Source: Schaalia meyeri (GTDB lineage Bacteria > Actinomycetota > Actinomycetes > Actinomycetales > Actinomycetaceae). From it: DNA of 32,000 bases. The notes under the pieces are model-generated. The model did no database searches and was not told the origin of the DNA. It was given only the letters and a program-made list of their open reading frames with translations. The stretch covers positions 150,001 to 182,000 of the forward strand of contig NZ_FNLK01000015.1 of assembly GCF_900105015.1 (NCBI RefSeq). Reading direction: 5' to 3'. The first letter of the stretch is position 1. Every line of letters starts with the position of its first letter. The translations under genes were made by a program, and so were the position numbers. Positions 1 through 7,647 of the stretch are shown piece after piece.

Positions 1-729
1 GTGAACCTTGCCGCCGGTTTGGCGCTGGGTGGTTTGACGGTCCTCGTTGTTGATGCGGACGCGCAGGGTAACGCATCCAGTGCGCTGGGGGTTCCGCATT
101 CGGCCGGCACGCCATCGACCTACGATGTGATCATCGGCGGCGCGCGTGTCGAAGACGTTGTTCAGCAGTGCCCCGACATTGACGGCATCCTCGTTAGCCC
201 CGCGACCATCGACCTGTCCGGCGCCGAGATCGAGCTTGTGGATGTGCCTCATCGCGAGTATCGGCTGAACGTGGCGCTGCGTGAGTACGTGGCGACGCAT
301 CGCGACGTCGACATCGTGCTAATCGACTGTCCTCCGTCACTTGGTCTGGTGACCCTCAACGTCATGGTTGCCGCTAACGACGTTCTGATTCCCATTCAGG
401 CTGAGTACTACGCGCTTGAAGGGTTGAGTCAGCTGTGGAACACGGTTGAACGCATCGGCGTTGATCTGAATCCCGGCTTGCGGGTGTCTGGAATGCTGCT
501 GACCATGGCCGATAAGCGCACCCGCCTGTCGGAGGAGGTCGAGGATGAGGTTCGCACGCACTTTCCAGATCAGACTTTTCAGACCGTCATTCCCCGTTCC
601 GTTCGCATCTCCGAGGCCCCCAGTTACGGTCAGACGGTCATCACCTACGACGCGCGGAATAATGGCGCGATAGCCTACCGCAAGGCGGCGCTCGAGCTGT
701 GTCGACGGCTGGCGGATAGTGGCGAGTGA
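1..729 (+). CDS. parA: ParA/Soj-type chromosome partitioning ATPase, 5' end cut by the window edge
   Basis: The ORF is open from base 1. The translation begins just after where the deviant Walker A would lie (NLAAGLALGG, VLVVDADAQGNAS). It has a Walker B-like VLIDCPPSLG and the Soj-like C-terminal SEAPSYGQTVITYD. parS sites and parB follow it. Confidence 0.9.
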   Translation: MNLAAGLALGGLTVLVVDADAQGNASSALGVPHSAGTPSTYDVIIGGARVEDVVQQCPDIDGILVSPATIDLSGAEIELVDVPHREYRLNVALREYVATHRDVDIVLIDCPPSLGLVTLNVMVAANDVLIPIQAEYYALEGLSQLWNTVERIGVDLNPGLRVSGMLLTMADKRTRLSEEVEDEVRTHFPDQTFQTVIPRSVRISEAPSYGQTVITYDARNNGAIAYRKAALELCRRLADSGE

Positions 730-730
730 T

Positions 731-746
731 TGTTTCACGTGAAACA
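731..746. promoter_or_regulatory. parS: parS centromere-like ParB binding site
   Basis: Perfect 16-bp palindrome TGTTTCACGTGAAACA, 2 nt after the parA stop. Confidence 0.9.
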
Positions 747-852
747 TTGCGACCGTCACCGTCGTCTATCCGGCCTGGCACCTACTGACAACACCTGTGG
801 ATATAGCTGCAAGATAGTGATCAACGGCGCTCCCGAGCTGAGCGCGCGGCAT

Positions 853-868
853 TGTTTCACGTGAAACA
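853..868. promoter_or_regulatory. parS: parS centromere-like ParB binding site
   Basis: Perfect TGTTTCACGTGAAACA. The palindrome extends to 22 bp (CATTGTTTCACGTGAAACAATG), and this 22-mer is identical to the one at 3240-3261. Confidence 0.9.
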
Positions 869-898
869 ATGGATCGACGTAATTGAAGGAGTATTGCA

Positions 899-2188
899 AT
901 GGCGGATGCATCATCGAAGTCTGAGGGTCGGAAGGCCGCTCGCAAGCACAGTGGACTGGGTCGCGGTCTCGGAGCGCTGATCCCTCAGGCTCCCGAGCAG
1001 ACGTCGCAATCAACGCGTTCGACGCCTTCGCGCCCGCTCGACGTCTTCTTTCCTGAGGGATCGTCCGCGCGCGGCAGGGGAGGCTCCGCGAAGGATCTTC
1101 TCCAGCCCAAGCGTGCCGGTGCCTCGTCACAGAAGAAACGCCCGGCGATGCCACCCGTTGATGCTGGCGCGGCCGGTCGAAAGGCCAAGGGGGACGGGGG
1201 TTTCAGTGATGGAAACGGTACCTCGCATCGGAGGCGCGGCGACATCGCCACGTCCGCCGGTGATCCGTCACGCTCCGTCTCAGACCGCGTTCACGAGCGC
1301 GAGGATGTTTCACGTGAAACATCTGACGAACGACAGCTGCTGCCGGTTCCCGGCGCCTCCTTCGCCGAGATTCCTATCAATCAGATCGTTCCCAACACGA
1401 AGCAGCCTCGCGAGGTGTTCAACGAGGAGGATCTGAAAGAACTGGCGGCCTCAATCAGGGAGGTCGGCGTTCTTCAACCCGTCGTCGTCCGCAGCATCCC
1501 TGCCACGGGTCGTTCCGCAAAACTCAAGAAGTTCCTCGCTGACAAGCCCGAAGCGCGCTACGAGCTGATCATGGGTGAGCGTCGTCTGCGCGCCTCGGAG
1601 CTCGCGGGCGAAACAACGATTCCGGCGATCATCAGGGAGACCGAGGACGGGGATCTGCTCCGTGACGCGCTCCTGGAAAACCTGCATCGGGCTCAGCTCA
1701 ATCCGTTGGAGGAGGCCAGCGCGTATCAGCAGCTCATGGCGGATTTCGGTGCGACTCAGGAGGAGCTGGCAAAAAGGATCGCACGCTCACGCCCGCAGAT
1801 TGCCAATACTCTGCGCCTTCTGAAACTGCCGCCGTCCGTCCAAAAGAAGGTGGCCGCGCAGGTGATCACCGCGGGACATGCCCGCGCCCTGCTGGCCCTG
1901 CCCAGCCCCCAGGAGATGGAACGGTTGGCGGAGCGTATCGTAGCGGAGGGGCTCTCGGTGCGTACCACCGAGGAGATCGCCCGCCTGGGTAAGGTGAAGG
2001 CTGCCTCGCGCCCGCGCCCCCGCCAGCAGCGCCCGCTGTCGCCGCTGGGGGAGAGCGTCGTGTCTGCCCTATCCGACGCCTACGATACGCGCGTGTCCAT
2101 CACCGAGGGGCGCAAGAAGGGGCGAATCGTCATCGAATTCGCCGGCGCAGATGACCTCCAGCGGATTGCGGATCTCATTCTGCGCTGA
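899..2188 (+). CDS. parB: ParB/Spo0J chromosome partitioning protein with a long low-complexity N-terminal extension
   Basis: GAAGGAG SD upstream of the ATG. N-terminal GLGRGLGALIP motif; ParB box IPINQIVPNTKQPREVF; arginine patch YELIMGERRLRASELA; HTH region ELAKRIARSRPQIANTLRLLKLP. Sits directly downstream of parA. Confidence 0.93.
   Translation: MADASSKSEGRKAARKHSGLGRGLGALIPQAPEQTSQSTRSTPSRPLDVFFPEGSSARGRGGSAKDLLQPKRAGASSQKKRPAMPPVDAGAAGRKAKGDGGFSDGNGTSHRRRGDIATSAGDPSRSVSDRVHEREDVSRETSDERQLLPVPGASFAEIPINQIVPNTKQPREVFNEEDLKELAASIREVGVLQPVVVRSIPATGRSAKLKKFLADKPEARYELIMGERRLRASELAGETTIPAIIRETEDGDLLRDALLENLHRAQLNPLEEASAYQQLMADFGATQEELAKRIARSRPQIANTLRLLKLPPSVQKKVAAQVITAGHARALLALPSPQEMERLAERIVAEGLSVRTTEEIARLGKVKAASRPRPRQQRPLSPLGESVVSALSDAYDTRVSITEGRKKGRIVIEFAGADDLQRIADLILR
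1306..1321. promoter_or_regulatory. parS: parS site inside the parB coding sequence
   Basis: Perfect TGTTTCACGTGAAACA, extending to a 20-bp palindrome (GATGTTTCACGTGAAACATC). It encodes ..DVSRETS.. within the parB N-terminal extension. Confidence 0.85.
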
Positions 2189-2334
2189 CTGAACTTTATA
2201 CGTCTTTTCGCAGGTCAGGCGGGGTATGTTTCCAATCATACATTTTCCGCACTATTCTGCGATTCTTTCAACGCTTAGACTACTTCTACAGGGTCCGCCG
2301 GTGGGCCCGCGCAGTACCAGAAGGAGCGAAAGGC

Positions 2335-2964
2335 ATGAACGCCCAAGGCAGTTCGCGCACCGTGCTTTTCGATGTCGGAGGGGTCCTGGTGGACTCTCAC
2401 CCCGATCCGCACATCATCGCCGAGATGCTTGGCGACGGCTCGCGTGCCTTGACGTCGCTGGTCGATCAGGCGATATGGACGCATCGAGGCGACTATGACG
2501 CGGGCTTGCCGGATCGTGAGTTTTGGGATCGGATTGCGGGTGACTGCGGAAAGCCGGAGCCGACCAAGGAACTTTTGAGCGCTCTGGTGGCGCTGGACGC
2601 GTCGCGCATGGCGACCGCAAACGGACAGACCCTGGGTCTGGTTCGTCAGTTGCGTCAGCAGGGCGTTCGCGTGGGTATCTTGTCGAACGCGCCCTATCCG
2701 ATTGCGAAGGCGATTCGGCGATCGGAGTGGGGCAGGCTCTTCGATTTCTTCTCCTTCTCCTGCGACTACGGAATCTGCAAGCCCGCGCGCGGCATCTATC
2801 GGGACGTCCTGCATCGCATCAACACGCCTTACGAACAGGTGGCGTTCATCGACGATCGGCGCGAAAACGTGCGCGCCGCCGAACTGATGGGGGTTCAGGG
2901 CATCGTCTGGAAGGGCGTGGAGCATGCACGCGAGCGCTTGGAGCAGCTGGGATTCCTGGCCTAA
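2335..2964 (+). CDS. HAD-superfamily hydrolase (phosphatase-like)
   Basis: GAAGGAGCGAAAGGC precedes the ATG. N-terminal VLFDVGGVLVDS resembles HAD motif I, ILSNAP motif II, and FIDDRRENV motif IV. Substrate not assignable. Confidence 0.7.
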   Translation: MNAQGSSRTVLFDVGGVLVDSHPDPHIIAEMLGDGSRALTSLVDQAIWTHRGDYDAGLPDREFWDRIAGDCGKPEPTKELLSALVALDASRMATANGQTLGLVRQLRQQGVRVGILSNAPYPIAKAIRRSEWGRLFDFFSFSCDYGICKPARGIYRDVLHRINTPYEQVAFIDDRRENVRAAELMGVQGIVWKGVEHARERLEQLGFLA

Positions 2965-3242
2965 CGCCCGGAAGGGCAGCTGCAGCCACGCGTCGCGGGC
3001 ACTACAGCTGTTTTGCCGCGTTTGAGGATATATCAGCGTTCATGGCATCCAGTCGGGCGACGTCGTTTGTCCCGTGCATCAGTCGGCCCAATCACGCATC
3101 GGATTCGCACCAGCGTTTCGCTCCGCACTGTCTCTCGCGTGGCGCACATTCTGTGCCTCGCTGCGACTCTGCTGCTCGAAAGCCCAGCTTCACGTGACTC
3201 GGGCAGCGCCCGGTGGGTTCCTCGGACTCTAATCAATCCCAT

Positions 3243-3258
3243 TGTTTCACGTGAAACA
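3243..3258. promoter_or_regulatory. parS: parS site in the convergent HAD/ddl intergenic region
   Basis: Perfect TGTTTCACGTGAAACA inside the 22-bp palindrome CATTGTTTCACGTGAAACAATG. Confidence 0.88.
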
Positions 3259-3333
3259 ATGAGCCCGCCGGGAGGATGTATCCCCCGGCGGGCCCCAAGT
3301 CTGTCGGGCGTCAAACTACCCTCTCCGCCGTTC

Positions 3334-4344
3334 TTACTGTGCGTCCTCCTGGGAGTCAGCCACGGCCCGGTCGGCATCCTGGGGATCTGAGGAGACCACG
3401 CGGCCGGCGGCGACGAAATCAACGATGTCGGCGCACAGATGGGCGAAGGAGGAATCGTTGAGCGCGTTAGCTGCCTGAGGCAGGAGCGAGGTGTCCGTCA
3501 TGCCGGGGGCAACGTTCGCGTCGATGAACCAGCAGGTTCCCTCACGGTCAACCACGAAGTCCATGCGCGACAGGTCGCGCAGACCCAGGGTTGTGTGGGC
3601 CTCGACCGCTGCGGCCTGCAGGTCTGCGAGCGTTTCCTCGGATAAACGGGCGGGGACAAAGTACTCGGTTTCGTCGGTCGTGTAACGGGCGTCGTAGTCG
3701 TAACGGCCACCGTCCGTAGAAATCTCGACGGGGGGCAGGGCGATGGGCCCGTCACTCAGATCGATCACGGAGACGGCGACATCGCGCCCGTCGATGCGCT
3801 GCTCGACCATGAGCCGCTGCCCATAAGCGAAGGCATCCACCATCGAGCGACGCAGCTGGTTTGCGTCGTGCGCCGTCGAAATGCCCAGCGCCGAGCCACC
3901 ATCCGTGGGCTTAATGACGACGGGGAAGGACACGGAATCCTCCAGGGCGCTGAGCACGTTGGATGCCCCCAGCTGGCGGAAAATTGCCTGCGGAAGCGTC
4001 ACCCACCCCGGCGTCGCCATGCCGGCAGAACCCAGCAGTGCCTTCGCGGTGGGCTTGTTCGAGGCAAGCATGGCCTGAACGGACGAAGAACCCACGAAGG
4101 GGATGCCGACGGACTCCAAGAACGACTGCAGGGAGCCGTCCTCGCCGATCGAACCGTGCACCAGGGGCCACACGACGTCGGGTGCGAAAGATCTAATTGC
4201 CTCGCTCAGCGAGGCGTTGACGTCGGAGCGCATGACCTCGTAGCCGAATTGAGTAAGGATATTGGCGACGCGGCGACCCGAACGGACCGACACGTCACGC
4301 TCGTGAGTAAGTCCGCCGGCGATGATGAGAACTTTCGTGGCCAT
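3334..4344 (-). CDS. ddl: D-alanine--D-alanine ligase
   Basis: AGGAGAA SD. N-terminus KVLIIAGGLTHERDVSVRSG and the ATP-grasp body (PVVIKPTDGGSALGIS, MVEQRIDGRDVAVSV, WFIDANVAPGMT) are typical of Ddl. Confidence 0.9.
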   Translation of the reverse strand: MATKVLIIAGGLTHERDVSVRSGRRVANILTQFGYEVMRSDVNASLSEAIRSFAPDVVWPLVHGSIGEDGSLQSFLESVGIPFVGSSSVQAMLASNKPTAKALLGSAGMATPGWVTLPQAIFRQLGASNVLSALEDSVSFPVVIKPTDGGSALGISTAHDANQLRRSMVDAFAYGQRLMVEQRIDGRDVAVSVIDLSDGPIALPPVEISTDGGRYDYDARYTTDETEYFVPARLSEETLADLQAAAVEAHTTLGLRDLSRMDFVVDREGTCWFIDANVAPGMTDTSLLPQAANALNDSSFAHLCADIVDFVAAGRVVSSDPQDADRAVADSQEDAQ

Positions 4345-4366
4345 GGGTGGTTTCTCCTAACGTTAC

Positions 4367-5695
4367 CTAGCGGGTCGAGGCGGCCCCGGCCTCGTCGATT
4401 GAGGCGGTTCCAAACATGTCGACGATGTCCTTTTCGGTATTGACGACAGTTGACAGGCGGCGCACGCCCTCGCGGATCTCCTCGGGCGTCGGGTAGCAGA
4501 ACGACAGGCGCATGTGGTTCGATCCTTGGCCGTCGTAGAAAAAGGCCGTGCCCGACACGTAGGCCACCTGAGCACGGACGGCGCGCGGCAGCATGGCCTT
4601 TGCGTTGAGGCCGTCGGGCAGGGTCACCCACGTGTAGAAGCCCCCGTCGGGGACCGTCCACGTGCACGAGGGCATGAACTCTTCCAGCGAGGCGAGCATG
4701 GCACGGCAGCGCTCGGCGTACATTGAGCGGAAGGACTTCACCTGGCCGTACCAGTCGTAGCTGCTCAAGTAGTCGGCGATCGTCATCTGGCCGACCATCG
4801 ATGGGCACAGGATCGCGGACTCCAACGCCAGGACCAGCTTGGCGCGGATCGCGTGCGGCGCGTACGCCCAGCCGATGCGGAAGCCCGGCGCAAACATCTT
4901 GGAGAAGGAACCCAGATAGACAACGCCCTCGGGGCTGTACGAGGCGATGGCCGGCAGCGGGTCGCTGTGAAAGCCCAGCAGGCCGTAGGGGTTGTCCTCG
5001 ACGATGAGGATGTGTTCGCGCAGGCAGATGTCCGCGATGATCGGGCGGCGCTGCGCGGAAAGGGTGACGCCGGCGGGATTGTGGTAGTTCGGGATGATGT
5101 AGATGAACTTGATCGTCCGGCCGCTGGCGCGCACGTCGCGAATGGTATCGACGAGGGCCTCGGGGATGATCCCGTCCTCGTCCATGGGCACGTGGACGAC
5201 GTCGGCCTGGCGCGCACGGAAGACGCCGAGGGCGCCCACGTAGGAGGGCGCCTCCGCGAGAACGACGTCGCCGGGGTTGACGAATAGCTCGGTGACAATG
5301 TCGAGGGCCTGCTGGCTGCCCGTCGTGACGACCACATCGTCAGGGTCGGCGCCAACGATGCCGTCGTAGCCCATGACCTCGGTGATGCGTTCGCGCAGCA
5401 CCTCCCAGCCCTGCCCGCTGCCGTATTGCATGGCCTTTGCCCCGTGGTTGCGGATGAGCTTCTCCGCGGAGGCGGCCAAGCTGTCCAGCGGCAGGTCCTT
5501 CAGGTTCGGCATTCCTCCCGCCAGTGAGACGACCTCGGGCCGAGAAACCACGGAAAAGAGCGCGCGGATCTCGGAGGCACGCAGGTTGTGGGCGCGGTCC
5601 GCGTAGACGTCATACCAGGGATCGAGTCGGTTACCGTGCGAGGGCGCCTTCCCGGATGAGGCCGGGGTCGCTCCGTGCGATGAGGGCTGAGTCAA
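4367..5695 (-). CDS. PLP-dependent aminotransferase (class I/II fold; specificity unknown)
   Basis: 442-aa ORF containing IPNYHNPAGVT and the Schiff-base lysine context GSFSKMFAPGFRIGWAYAP. It ends 22 nt upstream of ddl on the same strand, so it is probably co-transcribed. The start is a TTG and is uncertain. Confidence 0.85.
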   Translation of the reverse strand: MTQPSSHGATPASSGKAPSHGNRLDPWYDVYADRAHNLRASEIRALFSVVSRPEVVSLAGGMPNLKDLPLDSLAASAEKLIRNHGAKAMQYGSGQGWEVLRERITEVMGYDGIVGADPDDVVVTTGSQQALDIVTELFVNPGDVVLAEAPSYVGALGVFRARQADVVHVPMDEDGIIPEALVDTIRDVRASGRTIKFIYIIPNYHNPAGVTLSAQRRPIIADICLREHILIVEDNPYGLLGFHSDPLPAIASYSPEGVVYLGSFSKMFAPGFRIGWAYAPHAIRAKLVLALESAILCPSMVGQMTIADYLSSYDWYGQVKSFRSMYAERCRAMLASLEEFMPSCTWTVPDGGFYTWVTLPDGLNAKAMLPRAVRAQVAYVSGTAFFYDGQGSNHMRLSFCYPTPEEIREGVRRLSTVVNTEKDIVDMFGTASIDEAGAASTR

Positions 5696-5790
5696 GGGCG
5701 TGCCATCCTTTGTGTGAAGTCGCGTTATCCGTATAGGTCAAGTGTGCCACTTTCTGGGTCACGCGTGGTGTTGGGGTGGGGATGGGCAGA

Positions 5791-5806
5791 TGTTTCACGT
5801 GAAACA
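5791..5806. promoter_or_regulatory. parS: parS site upstream of the aminotransferase-ddl unit
   Basis: Perfect TGTTTCACGTGAAACA in an intergenic region. Confidence 0.88.
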
Positions 5807-6092
5807 ATCGCGCCCGCGCCCCGCCTGATGCCCGGCCGTCGCCTGGCCTGTGTTGCTGTGGTATGGCTTCGTTGTGTGCCCGCGGGCGGGCAGGCCGCGA
5901 GATCGCCACCCGTGTCCGAGCTGGGAGGGATCGATTTCGAAGCCCGGCCAGGCCTGTGGCAGCCTGTATCGGGACGTGCTGTGTTGTGGGTGAAAACAGG
6001 TGACGAGTGCTTCGATCGTGCTACCATCAGAGGCAGCAAAGCCAGCCGTTGACCCTCCGCCGATATGGAGATGCCGATGACTGGCTTTTTAT

Positions 6093-6556
6093 ATGTCGAG
6101 GAGTAGCAACGTGGCTATTTTTACTGAACGAACGGCAATCCTTGTTGATGGTGGCTTCTACCGCATTCGTGCGCGGAATCTATTCGGTGACAAGAGCCCT
6201 GAAGAACGAGCAGACGAGCTCTTCGCCTATTGTTTGCGTCATCTCGACAAGGGGAAAACGCCGGATGACTCACCGAAATCTCCTCGGAACACTCCTTCTA
6301 TCCACAAGCTCCGCCTGCGGTGCCACGGTGGGATAGCAGGGTAGGGGAGGTGTGCTTGTGGGTCGCGCCTCGTGAATGGACCATGCGCTCCTGGATAGGT
6401 TGGTATCCACGAGCACGGTTCCTGCCCAGTCACCAACTGACCATGACGACGACTCCCAGTTCACGAGCAGCGATCTCGCCGATACGCCACCCGTGTTCGG
6501 GCTGGTCCGGGTGCGCGCATGGCGCGTTGAAACCGGCGTCGCCCCTGCGCGGGTGA
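6093..6556 (+). pseudogene. Possible decayed NYN/LabA-like domain gene (frameshifted remnant)
   Basis: The 83-aa ORF starts MSRSSNVAIFTERTAILVDGGFYRIRARNLFG, which resembles the N-terminus of NYN-domain proteins, then loses similarity. A second frame continues with ..HSFYPQAPP.. (ORF 6320..6556). No intact full-length frame exists. Confidence 0.3.
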
Positions 6557-6917
6557 GAAGACTCAAACTGGGGACTTTGGGGCGTGCTGGGGTGGTGCCA
6601 GTTTCATACGTTTGCTGGTTTGCGCTCGCGGGGGTGGCGTGGGTGTCATGCGTGGGGCGGCGGTGCCGTGTTGGGGGTGGTGCCTGTACCGCGAGGCTGT
6701 GGAGGAATGGGAGCAGGTGGCAACAGCGTCTTTTCTGTCTCGAGGATGCAGATAGCTGACTGCGGATCGTGCCAGGGCTGGGGAGTGGGCGCGGAGGCGT
6801 GGGCGGTGAGCTGGCTGTCGTGCTTGGGTGTGGCCGGCGCTCGTTGGGGGTGAGTGCCAGTTGCTTGGGCGGGGATGCGTGTGAAAGGAGAAGTGGCGAT
6901 CAGCATCTATATACAAG

Positions 6918-6948
6918 AAGTCCGCAGCCCCGTGGGGTCTGCGGACTT
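6918..6948 (-). terminator. Rho-independent-type terminator hairpin after the 32-codon sORF
   Basis: AAGTCCGCAG (6918-6927) pairs perfectly with CTGCGGACTT (6939-6948). On the minus strand the stem is followed by CTTGTATATAGA. It lies about 30 nt after the sORF stop. Confidence 0.5.
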
Positions 6949-6978
6949 GCGTGCTACGTTGGCGGCGCCGGAAAAATC

Positions 6979-7077
6979 TCAGTGACGGTCGGTCTTACGG
7001 AAACGCTTCGTCTCGGCGAGCTCGTTGATCTGATCAATGTGGGCCTGGGCGACCATGATGTCGATGGTAGAGAACAT
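6979..7077 (-). CDS. Small ORF, 32 aa (MFSTIDIMVAQAHIDQINELAETKRFRKTDRH), function unknown
   Basis: Hand-translated; too short for the supplied ORF track. On the minus strand the consensus SD AGGAGGAG lies 6 nt before the ATG (CCCAGGAGGAGCAAAACATG). TGA stop, followed by the hairpin at 6918-6948. Confidence 0.45.
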   Translation of the reverse strand: MFSTIDIMVAQAHIDQINELAETKRFRKTDRH

Positions 7078-7201
7078 GTTTTGCTCCTCCTGGGATTGTA
7101 TCGTGGGTTGTATCCCTGTTTGACGAGGCCGGGGATCAACCGGCGGGCCTCGTACGCGGAGTGTGCCAACGCGGGTTGCGTCGGCGCGACCCTGCGTGTT
7201 T

Positions 7202-7248
7202 CAAACAAGAAAAGCGCCCGACGAGCTTGGCAGCTGTGTCAGGCGCTT
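7202..7248 (-). terminator. Orphan intrinsic terminator-like hairpin on the minus strand
   Basis: Minus strand reads AAGCGCCTGAC-15 nt loop-GTCGGGCGCTT (11-bp stem with one G-U pair), followed by TTTCTTGTTT. No convincing ORF ends here, and it sits about 125 nt upstream of the sORF start. Confidence 0.4.
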
Positions 7249-7590
7249 GATGGTTATAGCCTATCCCTTTCAGTCCGGACAATCAACCGTGCGGACAGTA
7301 AGATGCATCGCACGAAAAACCAAGTGATTGCAAAGAAAAGTGGCCGTCTACACTAAGGTGAGCGGTGCGTGCGGGAGCGGCCACGCTGCGTCGTTGCGGT
7401 GCGGAGTATTCGGGCGATAAATAAGTTATTTCGCACCGTTTCTTTATTGTACGTAACAGTTCATCATGCGGGGCGGTCGGGTGGTGTCGGTCATGGATGT
7501 GGCGTGTGGTGAGGGGTCGATCGCGTGGTATCTCCACTTCGAGCAAGGTTTCGGGTGCTAGAACTTTGCAGCCCGGGGTGAGCAGGCATA

Positions 7591-7611
7591 GAATGATAAC
7601 GATTCTCATTC
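7591..7611. promoter_or_regulatory. Candidate Zur/Fur-family operator upstream of the metal-type ABC operon
   Basis: Imperfect palindrome GAATGATAACGATTCTCATTC. Its core TGATAACGATTCTCA (7594-7608) matches 12 of 15 positions of the actinobacterial Zur box TGAAAATGATTTTCA as I recall it. It ends 37 nt before the ATG at 7648, next to the -10-like AATACT. Confidence 0.4.
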
Positions 7612-7647
7612 AATACTCACGTGCGACGCACCTAGAGGACGAGTTCA

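Noticed and set aside
2965-3333. Possible small RNA or gene in the 370-bp convergent spacer between the HAD gene and ddl.
   Set aside because: Only the parS palindrome stands out. ORFs 2727-3197, 3013-3390 and 3033-3422 are Arg/Ser/Pro-rich shadows without starts or SDs, and I saw no terminator-flanked unit.
780-6410. DnaA-box-like 9-mers (TGTGGATAT at about 795, TATCCACAA at about 6299, GTATCCACG at about 6402) as a possible oriC.
   Set aside because: These are isolated, imperfect and widely separated, with no AT-rich unwinding element or cluster. oriC is expected next to dnaA, outside this window.
6376-6916. ORFs 6376-6759, 6584-6853, 6563-6916 and 6646-6906 in the GT-skewed stretch.
   Set aside because: They overlap each other in several frames and give Gly/Trp/Val-rich or Pro-rich translations driven by the base composition. 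There are no starts with an SD. The stretch is treated as decayed or non-coding sequence.
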